A stretch of 64,000 nucleotides of DNA from Chitinophagales bacterium (GTDB lineage Bacteria; Bacteroidota; Bacteroidia; Chitinophagales; JADIYW01): the NCBI GenBank assembly GCA_035438465.1, contig DAORIK010000001.1:1719-65718 (forward strand), written 5' to 3'. Made by a program: the position numbers and the translations under genes. Shown one piece after another: positions 48,675-59,829 of this stretch. Under the pieces are notes generated by a model. That model saw nothing but the letters and a program-made list of their open reading frames with translations. It searched no databases and was not told the origin of the DNA. Every line of letters begins with the position of its first letter. The stretch's first letter is position 1.

Positions 48675-50072
48675 ATGAGACAAATCTATTCACTTTTCAT
48701 AATTTCCTTCTTACTATTTATTTCTTCCTGTAAAAAAGACAACACTATTGGAGCAGATATTCTTCCTCAGGATGATTTGTTGAATGTGCGGTTTTCAGAT
48801 ACTTTTACTTTGACTTCTAAAACATTGGCTGATACTTTCTTAAGGTCTGATAAACTTGCAAAAAATTATTTAGGTGTCATAAATGATGCTTTGTTCGGAT
48901 TTCAGAAAGCAAGTATTGCCATAGAAGTAGATAAACCGAATACAGTTTATGATGATACATTAATGACCACCTTTACGGTGGATTCAGTGGTATTATTCAT
49001 AAAATATAACAGCATTTATGGCGACACAACCGTTGCTCAAAGTTTAGAGGTGAGCACTATCAGTACTCCGATTAATGAGAATAGTGCATACTATTCTAAT
49101 TCCGGTTTATTTCCCGGATCGGGCGTCATCGGAACTTTGAGTAATTATACATATACTCCAAACTCAAATCCTGTGAGCACCAGTACCACAGATAGTATTG
49201 GAACAAATGGTATTTTAAGAGTTCGATTAAACTCATCGGTAGGATATACTATTATCAATTTAGGGCAGAACGTGCTCAGAGATTCGGCTTTATTTAAGGC
49301 AGCATTTCCGGGTATATTAATTGAGAATTCTACAAATTCAGGAAAGGCGATGGCAGAAATTGATCTTAGTTCTTCCTACAGCTCTATCACCATTTTTTAC
49401 AAAGACAAATACAATGTTGTAAAAAACATGAAATTGTATACTTCTCTTCTGAAAAACAACAGCGGTAGTCTTACCACAAGAGTAAATGGTGTTAATTTGT
49501 TTTCTAATACTTTGCCTTCTGTCATCCAAAATACTATTAGTTCGGGACTAACATCAGATTCAGTTAATTATATTTTAGGTCAGGGTGGCACCACTGTTCG
49601 TTTGTCTTTGCCTACGATTGCTAATCTTGGCAGAGTTGCGGTAAATAAAGCTGTTATAACGCTCACACAGCTGGAACAAAATAGCCAACCTGAATTTATC
49701 ACACCCTATTATCTTGCACTCCTGAAAAGAAATGCAAGCGGAAATTTAGATGTGCTGCCAACTAATGATGGAATCGGTATTTTAGATACGGTTGCTAAGG
49801 ATGATTTTGGTAATAAAATTTCAAGATACAGTTTTAATATAACGAAATACATACAGGCAATCTCAGTTGGGTCTGTAACAAATTCAGATTTGTATATTGC
49901 AACATACAGGTCAGCAGGAACAGATGGAACAATAAATGTACTGAATAGTATTCTTAATGGTTCCGTAATAAATGTTGGATATACACCATACAGGGTTGTT
50001 ACAGCAGGATCTAATTATTCAGATTCAAGATATAAGATGAAATTAAATCTTACTTATACCTTGATAAAGTAA
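48675..50072 (+). CDS. lipoprotein, DUF4270-like
   Basis: Lipobox FISSC. 465 aa and Ser/Thr/Asn-rich. Sits downstream of the GlgA-like gene, as I recall for DUF4270. Confidence 0.5.
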   Translation: MRQIYSLFIISFLLFISSCKKDNTIGADILPQDDLLNVRFSDTFTLTSKTLADTFLRSDKLAKNYLGVINDALFGFQKASIAIEVDKPNTVYDDTLMTTFTVDSVVLFIKYNSIYGDTTVAQSLEVSTISTPINENSAYYSNSGLFPGSGVIGTLSNYTYTPNSNPVSTSTTDSIGTNGILRVRLNSSVGYTIINLGQNVLRDSALFKAAFPGILIENSTNSGKAMAEIDLSSSYSSITIFYKDKYNVVKNMKLYTSLLKNNSGSLTTRVNGVNLFSNTLPSVIQNTISSGLTSDSVNYILGQGGTTVRLSLPTIANLGRVAVNKAVITLTQLEQNSQPEFITPYYLALLKRNASGNLDVLPTNDGIGILDTVAKDDFGNKISRYSFNITKYIQAISVGSVTNSDLYIATYRSAGTDGTINVLNSILNGSVINVGYTPYRVVTAGSNYSDSRYKMKLNLTYTLIK

Positions 50073-50139
50073 TTTTATTTTCTTAATTTTTCACTAAATT
50101 GGTACGGCATTTGATTGATTCTACACTAATTAAATTTAT

Positions 50140-51987
50140 ATGTGCGGTATAGTAGGTTATATAGGCAAAAAACAAGCCTTTCCAATTATTATTAATGGTT
50201 TAAAGAGATTAGAATACAGGGGGTATGACAGTGCCGGTCTAGCGCTGCTAAGTGATAGCAATCAATTAAATATTTATAAGAAGAAAGGAAAAGTTGTCAA
50301 CCTGGAAGAAGTTGCTAAAGGAAATGATATTTCAGGAACCGTTGGTATCGGACATACACGTTGGGCCACGCACGGTGAAGCTAATGATTTAAATGCACAT
50401 CCGCATTTTAATGCCACAGAAGACTTAGCTGTTATCCATAATGGCATTATCGAAAATTATTATTCTTTAAAAACAGAGTTGCAATCCCGCGGTTATAAAT
50501 TCCGCTCTGAAACAGATACTGAAGTTTTAGTACATCTGATAGAAGAGATACAAAAAAATGTAGAATGCACGCTGGATGAAGCTGTACGCTTGGCATTAAA
50601 TGAAGTAATTGGTGCATATGCGATAGTAGTTATCTCTAAAAAAGAAAATAATAAGTTAATTGTCGCAAAACTAAGTTCGCCGCTTGTCATAGGCTTTGGT
50701 GATAATGAATTATTTGTTGCATCGGATGGTTCGCCGCTGATAGAACATACAAAAAAAGTTTCTTACTTAGAAGACGGTCAGATGGCAGTTTTACATGCCA
50801 ATGGAAATGTAGATGTAAAATCCATAAAAGACAATACAACACATGTACCGTATATTGATGAATTACAATTAAAACTTGAGCAAATTGAAAAAGGTGGTTT
50901 TGATCATTTTATGATGAAAGAGATTCACGAGCAACCTCAGGCAATAAAAAACAGTATTCGTGGTCGCATTGACAGTCAGCAATTTTGGGTAAACCTGGGT
51001 GGTGTTCGTGAACATGAACTGCGTTTCAAAAATGCGAGTAAAATCACCATAGTTGCCTGTGGCACCTCCTGGCATTCGGCATTAATCGGTGAGTATTTAA
51101 TTGAAGATCTGGCTCGCATAAATGTTGAAGTAGAATATGCCTCAGAATTCAGGTACCGCAATCCAATCATTACAGAAAATGATGTGGTCATTGCTATTTC
51201 ACAATCCGGTGAAACAGCAGATACGCGTGCAGCATTGGAATTAGCAAAAGCAAAAGGTGCTTTGACATATGGAATATGCAATGTGGTAGGCTCGAGTATT
51301 TCACGTATGACAGATGCAGGTTCTTATACACATGCCGGCCCCGAAATTGGTGTTGCTTCTACAAAAGCATTTACCACACAGGTAAGTATTTTAGCATTAA
51401 TGGCACTGCAGTTAGCAGAAATAAAAGGCACCTTGTCGCAATCTAAATTTCATGAATACATTACTGAACTGGAAGCATTGCCTTCAAAAATTGAAAAAAT
51501 ATTAAAAGCCGAACCATATATTCAAGAGATTGCTGAAACTTTTCAGGATGCTGGAAATTTCCTCTATTTAGGACGCGGATATAATTTTCCCGTAGCATTG
51601 GAGGGAGCACTTAAATTAAAAGAAATTTCCTACATACATGCAGAAGGATATCCTGCAGCGGAAATGAAACACGGACCCATCGCACTGATAGATGAAAATA
51701 TGCCTGTGGTTGTGTTAGCACCATTTACCCAGCACTACGAAAAAGTATTGTCAAATATTGAAGAAGTAAAAACACGTAAAGGACAGTTAATTGCAGTTGT
51801 AACTGAAGGAGATGCTGAAATCAGTAAATTAGCTGAATATGTTATTCAAATTCCGCAAACAGATGAACCATTCACACCAATATTATCTGTAATTCCATTG
51901 CAGTTATTAGCTTATCATATTGCTGTATTGAGAGGATGCGATGTCGATCAGCCACGTAATTTAGCAAAATCCGTAACTGTAGAGTAA
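50140..51987 (+). CDS. glmS: glutamine--fructose-6-phosphate aminotransferase
   Basis: MCGIVGY Ntn start, two SIS domains and a C-terminal KSVTVE. 615 aa. Confidence 0.95.
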   Translation: MCGIVGYIGKKQAFPIIINGLKRLEYRGYDSAGLALLSDSNQLNIYKKKGKVVNLEEVAKGNDISGTVGIGHTRWATHGEANDLNAHPHFNATEDLAVIHNGIIENYYSLKTELQSRGYKFRSETDTEVLVHLIEEIQKNVECTLDEAVRLALNEVIGAYAIVVISKKENNKLIVAKLSSPLVIGFGDNELFVASDGSPLIEHTKKVSYLEDGQMAVLHANGNVDVKSIKDNTTHVPYIDELQLKLEQIEKGGFDHFMMKEIHEQPQAIKNSIRGRIDSQQFWVNLGGVREHELRFKNASKITIVACGTSWHSALIGEYLIEDLARINVEVEYASEFRYRNPIITENDVVIAISQSGETADTRAALELAKAKGALTYGICNVVGSSISRMTDAGSYTHAGPEIGVASTKAFTTQVSILALMALQLAEIKGTLSQSKFHEYITELEALPSKIEKILKAEPYIQEIAETFQDAGNFLYLGRGYNFPVALEGALKLKEISYIHAEGYPAAEMKHGPIALIDENMPVVVLAPFTQHYEKVLSNIEEVKTRKGQLIAVVTEGDAEISKLAEYVIQIPQTDEPFTPILSVIPLQLLAYHIAVLRGCDVDQPRNLAKSVTVE

Positions 51988-52460
51988 TGAATAGAATCAT
52001 ATTGACTTTTTGCTGCGTTTTAATGAGTGTGTTGTTAATGGCACAAATAAACCCTTATAGCGCGCAGAAAAAAAAATATCCCTTAGGCGATGAATTTGAT
52101 AAAATATTGCCGTTAAAAATTGGTAACTGGAACCGGTTTGCTTTTCATGATTTTGTTATCGGACGCGAAAACGGAAGCGTATATTACAGGCAGGATGACA
52201 GGCAAATTTATATAACGTTCGGGAAAACATATAATCAAACGGATTTAAACAGCATATGGGACAGAATCTACGATAATGCTACTTCCGGAAAAGAAAGTCA
52301 GATAAAACAAAAGAATATATCCAGCCCTTCTTCTAAATATGTATTAATGAATGGCAAATCCGGCTTGTTTTATGCATGGACGCGTAACTTTTATTACTTC
52401 AGTATAAAAACAAAAAATAAAACGGATGCGGATGAATTTATGAAGTTGTTCCCATACTGA
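51987..52460 (+). CDS. hypothetical exported protein
   Basis: 157 aa with a signal peptide. Its start overlaps the glmS stop (TAATG). Confidence 0.45.
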   Translation: MNRIILTFCCVLMSVLLMAQINPYSAQKKKYPLGDEFDKILPLKIGNWNRFAFHDFVIGRENGSVYYRQDDRQIYITFGKTYNQTDLNSIWDRIYDNATSGKESQIKQKNISSPSSKYVLMNGKSGLFYAWTRNFYYFSIKTKNKTDADEFMKLFPY

Positions 52461-52568
52461 TTACGCGCTGCCGAAAAATTATTTTTACCTTATTGCTTTT
52501 TTCAATACCTTAGATACGGATACCATATGTATTCTCAAATTTTTAACTCATTAATTCTGTAATTAATT

Positions 52569-54380
52569 ATGCAAACCAATTCTTCTGTTTTTCTGGGCGA
52601 TAAATTTTACAATCGCGAACATTTAAATTTTATTTTGTTTGATGTATTGAAAGCGGAAAGTGTTACCCAATACGAGTATTTTTCAGATCATGATAAAGAA
52701 GGATTACAAATGTACCTGGATGCAACTGACCAATTCGCTAAAGAATATTTGTTTCCGCATTTAGTGGAAATGGACAGGAAACAACCCGAATTAGTAGATG
52801 GAAGAATTCGCGTACATCCTGTTCACAAAGATATCATGCGCATCAGCGGAGAAAACGGCTGGATATGTGTTTTAGCCAATAAAGAAGTTGGCGGATTGCA
52901 GATGCCAAGTGTATTTACCACGGCGGCAAGTTTTATTTTAGGCGCAGCTAATTATTCAGGATGTGTATTTCCCGGTTTAACAATTGGAGCGGCGCATTTA
53001 ATAGAAGCATTTGCCGATAAAAAGTATCATAATTTGTATTTGCCAAAAATGTTTGCCGGCGAATGGCAGGGTACAATGGCTTTGACAGAACCAGGTGCGG
53101 GAAGTTCGTTAAGTGATGTGGTAACTACCGCAGAAAAGCAAGAAGATGGTACTTATAAAATTGTCGGACAAAAAATATTTATTTCCTGTGGCGACAGTGA
53201 TGCGGTAGATAATGTGGTGCATTTGTTGCTGGCGCGCGTGAAAGGTGCACCGGCAGGCACCAAAGGCATTTCTATGTTTATTGTTCCAAGAGAAAGAATA
53301 AAAGAAGATGGTGGTTTAGAATGGAACGATGTAAGCAGTATTGGTGTCTATCATAAAATGGGTTATAAAGGTGCTCCTATTGCGCATTTAAGTTTTGGTG
53401 AAAACAATGATTGTAAAGCTTGGTTGGTCGGCGAAGAAAATAAAGGGCTTTCCTATATGTTTCAGATGATGAATGAAGCACGTATTTCTGTGGGTTTACA
53501 CGCTACGTCCATTTCTTCTGCATCTTATTATGCAAGTTTAAAGTATGCGAATGAGCGTTTGCAAGGCAGACCAATTGCAGAAAAAAATCCGGAAATGCCG
53601 CAAGTGCCCATCATAAAGCATGCGGATGTGAAACGTATGTTGTTGTTTCAAAAAACATTTATTGACGGCGCATTGTGTCTTGAATTGCAATGCAGTTATT
53701 TTGCAGACATGGAACGTGTAAGCGAAGGAGACGAAAAAGAAAAATATAATTTAATGTTGGAATTGCTGACACCTGTTGCAAAATCCTATCCTGCAGAGAT
53801 GAGTAATTTATCAACCTCAACCTCGCTACAGATCTTTGGCGGTTATGGTTTTACCAAAGATTTTATAGCAGAACAATATTACCGCGAGACACGCATACAT
53901 ACCCTGCATGAAGGCACCACAGCTATACATGGAATGGATTTGCTAGGAAGAAAAGTAATGATGAAAAACGGGAAAGCCGTTATGTTATTAATGCAGGAAG
54001 TAATGAGCGATATTTCGAAAGCAAAAAAGTATGACCATACAAAAGCACATGCGGAAACATTAGAAAAGCAACTCGGTAAATTACAGGAGTTATCCATGCA
54101 TTTGATGGGTGTGGCGCAGAAAGAAGGTGTGGAGGCCTATCTGAGTGATGCGACACTGTACCTGGAATTGTTTGGTATTTTGGTGCTGGGCTGGCAATGG
54201 ATTAAGATGGTAAATACCTGTAATGAAAACTCAAGTATTGATAAACAATTTGCCGACAGTAAATTTTTATGCTTTAATTATTTCTTTGAATACGAATTGC
54301 CGAAAGCACAGGCATTATTTATACGTTTGAAAAGTACAAACAGAGTTACGGTTGGTGTGGATAGTAGTTTGATTGATTAA
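52569..54380 (+). CDS. long acyl-CoA dehydrogenase family protein
   Basis: 603 aa. ACAD core (ALTEPGAGSSLSD, IFGGYGF, HEGTTAIH) with N- and C-terminal extensions. Confidence 0.8.
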   Translation: MQTNSSVFLGDKFYNREHLNFILFDVLKAESVTQYEYFSDHDKEGLQMYLDATDQFAKEYLFPHLVEMDRKQPELVDGRIRVHPVHKDIMRISGENGWICVLANKEVGGLQMPSVFTTAASFILGAANYSGCVFPGLTIGAAHLIEAFADKKYHNLYLPKMFAGEWQGTMALTEPGAGSSLSDVVTTAEKQEDGTYKIVGQKIFISCGDSDAVDNVVHLLLARVKGAPAGTKGISMFIVPRERIKEDGGLEWNDVSSIGVYHKMGYKGAPIAHLSFGENNDCKAWLVGEENKGLSYMFQMMNEARISVGLHATSISSASYYASLKYANERLQGRPIAEKNPEMPQVPIIKHADVKRMLLFQKTFIDGALCLELQCSYFADMERVSEGDEKEKYNLMLELLTPVAKSYPAEMSNLSTSTSLQIFGGYGFTKDFIAEQYYRETRIHTLHEGTTAIHGMDLLGRKVMMKNGKAVMLLMQEVMSDISKAKKYDHTKAHAETLEKQLGKLQELSMHLMGVAQKEGVEAYLSDATLYLELFGILVLGWQWIKMVNTCNENSSIDKQFADSKFLCFNYFFEYELPKAQALFIRLKSTNRVTVGVDSSLID

Positions 54381-54390
54381 AAAGATTCTG

Positions 54391-54414
54391 CTTTGCGAAC
54401 TTTGCGCCTTTGCG
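54391..54414. repeat. three tandem octamers (CTTTGCGN)
   Basis: ctttgcga actttgcg cctttgcg, read directly between the acyl-CoA dehydrogenase stop and the next gene. Confidence 0.85.
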
Positions 54415-54434
54415 TGAAAATAAAAACTTAAGAT

Positions 54435-54800
54435 ATGACAACCATTCAACAAATATCACTCTATGCTATGGCATTTCTGTATGCCGGTGCAGGTGTCAAT
54501 CATTTTGTGAATCCAAAATTTTATTTAAGTATTATGCCCAAATTTTTCCCTGCCCAGAATTTATTAAATCAGGTAAGTGGTATTGCGGAAATTGTAGTGG
54601 CCATCGGATTGTTGTTTGCATCTACACGTCAGATTTCTGCATACTTAATTATTGCTATGCTGATTTCATTTTTCGCGGTGCATATTCCGCATTTATTTCA
54701 GCCACCAAAAATGGCGCAAGGCAGAGAATGGTTCTTATACGTTCGTTTGGTACTGCAATTTGCACTCATTTACTGGGCATGGATGGTGAGCAAATACTAA
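54435..54800 (+). CDS. DoxX-like small membrane protein
   Basis: 121 aa with four hydrophobic helices. The overlapping ORF 54410-54808 in another frame looks spurious. Confidence 0.5.
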   Translation: MTTIQQISLYAMAFLYAGAGVNHFVNPKFYLSIMPKFFPAQNLLNQVSGIAEIVVAIGLLFASTRQISAYLIIAMLISFFAVHIPHLFQPPKMAQGREWFLYVRLVLQFALIYWAWMVSKY

Positions 54801-54936
54801 GATTTTAGTTGTCTGCATTTATCGCTGCAATATTTAACTTCCGTCCATACTTTTTCCCATTTCTTTCGCCAAGAAAATGGCCGTTTGCAAACGATGCAAA
54901 TTTTTTGCAGTAAAAATTCTTTCTTGTGTTTATGCA

Positions 54937-55392
54937 TTATTGCACTTTAAAATACGTTTCTAACTTTTTGTAACGATACTCAAATATTTCTTTCACTTTT
55001 TTATGCACAAATAATTCACCGGCTACCCAGCCAAGAAATGATTTACCTATATCATAATGTAAAATATCAGTCATTAATACACCATTCTGTGTTGCTTTAA
55101 AATGATGCTCGTGGTGCCAAATATTATAAGGACCTTTGCGTTGTACGTCCACAAAAAATTCCTGTTCTTTTATATGGGTAATTTCTGTACACCATTGCAT
55201 GGGGATATTCAACATGGGTTTTATGTTGTAGGTAATAAACATACCTTCGTACATTTTTTCCGGTAATGGCGAAGTGATTTCAAACACCATCTCTTCAGGT
55301 GTAATTTCATTCAAATTTTTCGGGCTCGAAAAAAAATCCCACGCTGTATTTATGTCAATTGGTAGTTCTTGTATTTGTTCTAATCGTCTCAT
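54937..55392 (-). CDS. SRPBCC family protein
   Basis: 151 aa with an [14 protein letters not shown]... start, typical of polyketide-cyclase/SRPBCC-like proteins. Confidence 0.65.
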   Translation of the reverse strand: MRRLEQIQELPIDINTAWDFFSSPKNLNEITPEEMVFEITSPLPEKMYEGMFITYNIKPMLNIPMQWCTEITHIKEQEFFVDVQRKGPYNIWHHEHHFKATQNGVLMTDILHYDIGKSFLGWVAGELFVHKKVKEIFEYRYKKLETYFKVQ

Positions 55393-55397
55393 GTTAT

Positions 55398-56861
55398 TTA
55401 ATTAAGTTGTTGTAAATATATTTCTGCTGTTTGTAAATGTTGTTGTTGTTTTTCGTGAGGCATTTTATCAAATGTAGCTATCAGCATTCCTAATCGAGGA
55501 TTTTGCAAAAAGAAATTTCGTTGTTTATGCATAAATCGCCAGAAAAGAGCATCCCAGATAGTTGTCCATGCTGCATCTTTTTTGTAATCACTCATCTTTA
55601 GTATATAATTACTGCCACTGATATAAGGTTTTGTGCACATCAAGCCGCCATCTGCAAACTGACTCATGCCATAAACATTAGGTACCATTACCCAGTCATA
55701 TGCATCAATAAAAAATTCCATGAACCATTTATATATTTCATTCGGATTGATTTCACATAACAGCATAAAATTTCCTAAAATCATCAGGCGCTCAATATGA
55801 TGAGCATAAGCAGTATGGTGCAATTTTTTTATCGTTTCATCTATCGGAAGAATACCGGTACTAGCATTATAAAATGCTTTTGGCATTTTTCGATTAAACT
55901 TCCAAAAGTTACGGGTGCGTTGTTTACAGCCTTCGCGTTCATATATAGCACGTATAAACTCACGCCAACCAATTATCTGACGAATAAAACCTTCTACTGA
56001 ATTGATTGGAATATCATTTTTTTTTGCAAACAAAAGTGTTAATTCTATAATTTTTGTTGGTGTTAGCAAGCCAACGTTCAGCATGGGTGTAAGTACAGAG
56101 TGATGCAATATATGTTCATGCTGATGCATTGCGTCTTCATATTCACCAAATTCTAAAAAACGTTTTTCTAAAAATTGCTGCAACCAGTCTTCACTCTCTT
56201 CATGTGTACTTGGATAAATAAAATTTCCGGAAATATTACCATAGTTGTTTGTAAAATATTGTTCCGCATATTTTATTGCTTCTTTATAATAAGAATTGAT
56301 ATCTGGAAACAGGACATTTGGTGCTTTTTTGCCTTTTGGATATTTTAAACGATTTTCTGCATCGTAAGACCATTTGCCTCCAATTGGCTTTTGTTCTTTA
56401 TCTAATAAAATGTTATGTTTTTTACGTTGATAAATATAGTAGTCAGTTTGGAAGTATCTTCTCTGCGTCTTAAAGAATGTATGGTTGTCAATACTTGTAT
56501 TTAAAAATAATGGACTTTCTTTTTTATGCAGCGTAATAGCATTTTCAGTCGCTGTTTCTGTGATTCTTTTTTCCAGCCAGTAATCAGTTGTGTCTATGTA
56601 TTCAATTTGTTTTTCATCTTTGATACTTTCTAATAGAATTCTTATATCACTACGTGTATCAATACTTTCCACATAAACTACATTAAAACCCTTATTTGTC
56701 AGGTAGTCTTTATAAAACTTCATACTAGCTCTGTGAAACGCAATTTTTTGTTTGTGGAATTTGTATTGTTTAAAAAATAAAAACTCTTCAACAAGATAAA
56801 GCTTGTCAGCACTGAATGTAATCTTTTTAAATAATTGATGCGGAAAGACAATACCTGTCAT
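55398..56861 (-). CDS. cryptochrome/photolyase-related protein (COG3046 / CryPro-like)
   Basis: 487 aa. Motifs FHKQKIAFHRASMKFY, GGKWSYDAENR, IIGWREFIR and DAYDWVMVPNVYGMSQFADGG. Confidence 0.8.
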   Translation of the reverse strand: MTGIVFPHQLFKKITFSADKLYLVEEFLFFKQYKFHKQKIAFHRASMKFYKDYLTNKGFNVVYVESIDTRSDIRILLESIKDEKQIEYIDTTDYWLEKRITETATENAITLHKKESPLFLNTSIDNHTFFKTQRRYFQTDYYIYQRKKHNILLDKEQKPIGGKWSYDAENRLKYPKGKKAPNVLFPDINSYYKEAIKYAEQYFTNNYGNISGNFIYPSTHEESEDWLQQFLEKRFLEFGEYEDAMHQHEHILHHSVLTPMLNVGLLTPTKIIELTLLFAKKNDIPINSVEGFIRQIIGWREFIRAIYEREGCKQRTRNFWKFNRKMPKAFYNASTGILPIDETIKKLHHTAYAHHIERLMILGNFMLLCEINPNEIYKWFMEFFIDAYDWVMVPNVYGMSQFADGGLMCTKPYISGSNYILKMSDYKKDAAWTTIWDALFWRFMHKQRNFFLQNPRLGMLIATFDKMPHEKQQQHLQTAEIYLQQLN

Positions 56862-56905
56862 AGTTTATCCTAAACAAAAAACGAGGCTATAGGTTTACAG
56901 ATAAT

Positions 56906-57394
56906 TTAATTGATTTTCTTTCTCAATATATAATCATTCAGCCAGAACTTTCCGTAAGCAATATCAGCTTTTTCGTGTAGTTCAAAGCCTTGCTTTTTAT
57001 AAAAATACATGGCAGTATTCTTTCGGTTGACATTTAACTCTAAAAAATCAATCTTATTTTTGAGTGCAATTTTTTCAACTTCTTCTAATAACATTCTTCC
57101 AATTCCTTTGCCATGCGTTTCAGGCTTTACATACAGTTTGGGTATACACAGCATATTGTCTTCGCGAATATAATAGCTGACAAAGCCAAGGTTTTGTTCT
57201 TCATTTGTGCAAATCAGAAAAGTGTGTCCATTCTGCATTTGTTCCAAAATAGCTGCTGCAGAATACATTCTTTCATACATGAAATTAATTTGTTCCTGAG
57301 AAATTATAGAAGAGTATGTTTGTTTCCAGGTTGCTTCGGCAACATCCAGAATTTTTGGAATATCATTTACAAACGCAATTCTGATTTTATACAT
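56906..57394 (-). CDS. GNAT family N-acetyltransferase
   Basis: Acetyl-CoA binding motif VKPETHGKGIGRMLL. The ATG at 57394 is preceded by a -7 box. Confidence 0.8.
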   Translation of the reverse strand: MYKIRIAFVNDIPKILDVAEATWKQTYSSIISQEQINFMYERMYSAAAILEQMQNGHTFLICTNEEQNLGFVSYYIREDNMLCIPKLYVKPETHGKGIGRMLLEEVEKIALKNKIDFLELNVNRKNTAMYFYKKQGFELHEKADIAYGKFWLNDYILRKKIN

Positions 57395-57398
57395 GATG

Positions 57399-57406
57399 CA
57401 AAAATA
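57399..57406 (-). promoter_or_regulatory. candidate -7 box TATTTTTG, 4 nt from the GNAT ATG
   Basis: The minus strand reads TATTTTTG-CATC-ATG. Confidence 0.4.
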
Positions 57407-57455
57407 GCGACAAAAGATTAATTCATCATTTATCATTTAAAATTTATAAATTTAC

Positions 57456-57540
57456 ATCACTCTAGGAGTGCCGATTTATTGGCTGAGAAATATCCTTTGA
57501 ACCTGATTTGGTTAACACCAACGTAGGGAACGAGTTCTCC
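57456..57540 (+). promoter_or_regulatory. TPP (THI-box) riboswitch
   Basis: Contains GGAGTGC...GGCTGAGAAATATCCTTTGAACCTGATTTGGTTAACACCAACGTAGGGAA. This matches the conserved CUGAGA and ACCUGAU...GGUUAAUACC...CGUAGGGAA cores of the THI element. It lies directly upstream of thiS. Confidence 0.9.
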
Positions 57541-57579
57541 ATTAATGTCATTTCGAGAGTAGCGAGAAATCTTGCTATA

Positions 57580-57783
57580 ATGAAAGTAACTATCAATAAT
57601 GAACAATACACTTTTAATGAAAATATTTCATTGGAAGATGCAGTTTCATCTTTAGAATTAAAAGAAACAAAAGGAATTGCTTTGGCGTTGAACGAACAAA
57701 TCATTCCGCGCAGCAAATGGAACGAAACCATTTTAAATAACGAAGATAAAATCCTTATTATCGGTGCCGTTGCCGGCGGATAA
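57580..57783 (+). CDS. thiS: sulfur carrier protein ThiS
   Basis: 67 aa from the ATG at 57580, ending in ...IGAVAGG (C-terminal Gly-Gly). Confidence 0.85.
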   Translation: MKVTINNEQYTFNENISLEDAVSSLELKETKGIALALNEQIIPRSKWNETILNNEDKILIIGAVAGG

Positions 57784-57789
57784 TTTGCA

Positions 57790-59724
<1,935 letters not shown>

Positions 59725-59731
59725 TTTTTGT

Positions 59732-59793
59732 ATCACAGAGTTGCACGAAGAAACACAAAGTTCTCTGAGAAATTCTCCGTGTAACTCTGTGAT
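59732..59793. repeat. 16-bp inverted repeat (1 mismatch) with a 30-nt loop, thiC-dinB spacer
   Basis: ATCACAGAGTTGCACG (59732-59747) against CGTGTAACTCTGTGAT (59778-59793). Confidence 0.8.
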
Positions 59794-59829
59794 ATTGTAA
59801 CCATATTTTCAACTCAAAAATATAATACC

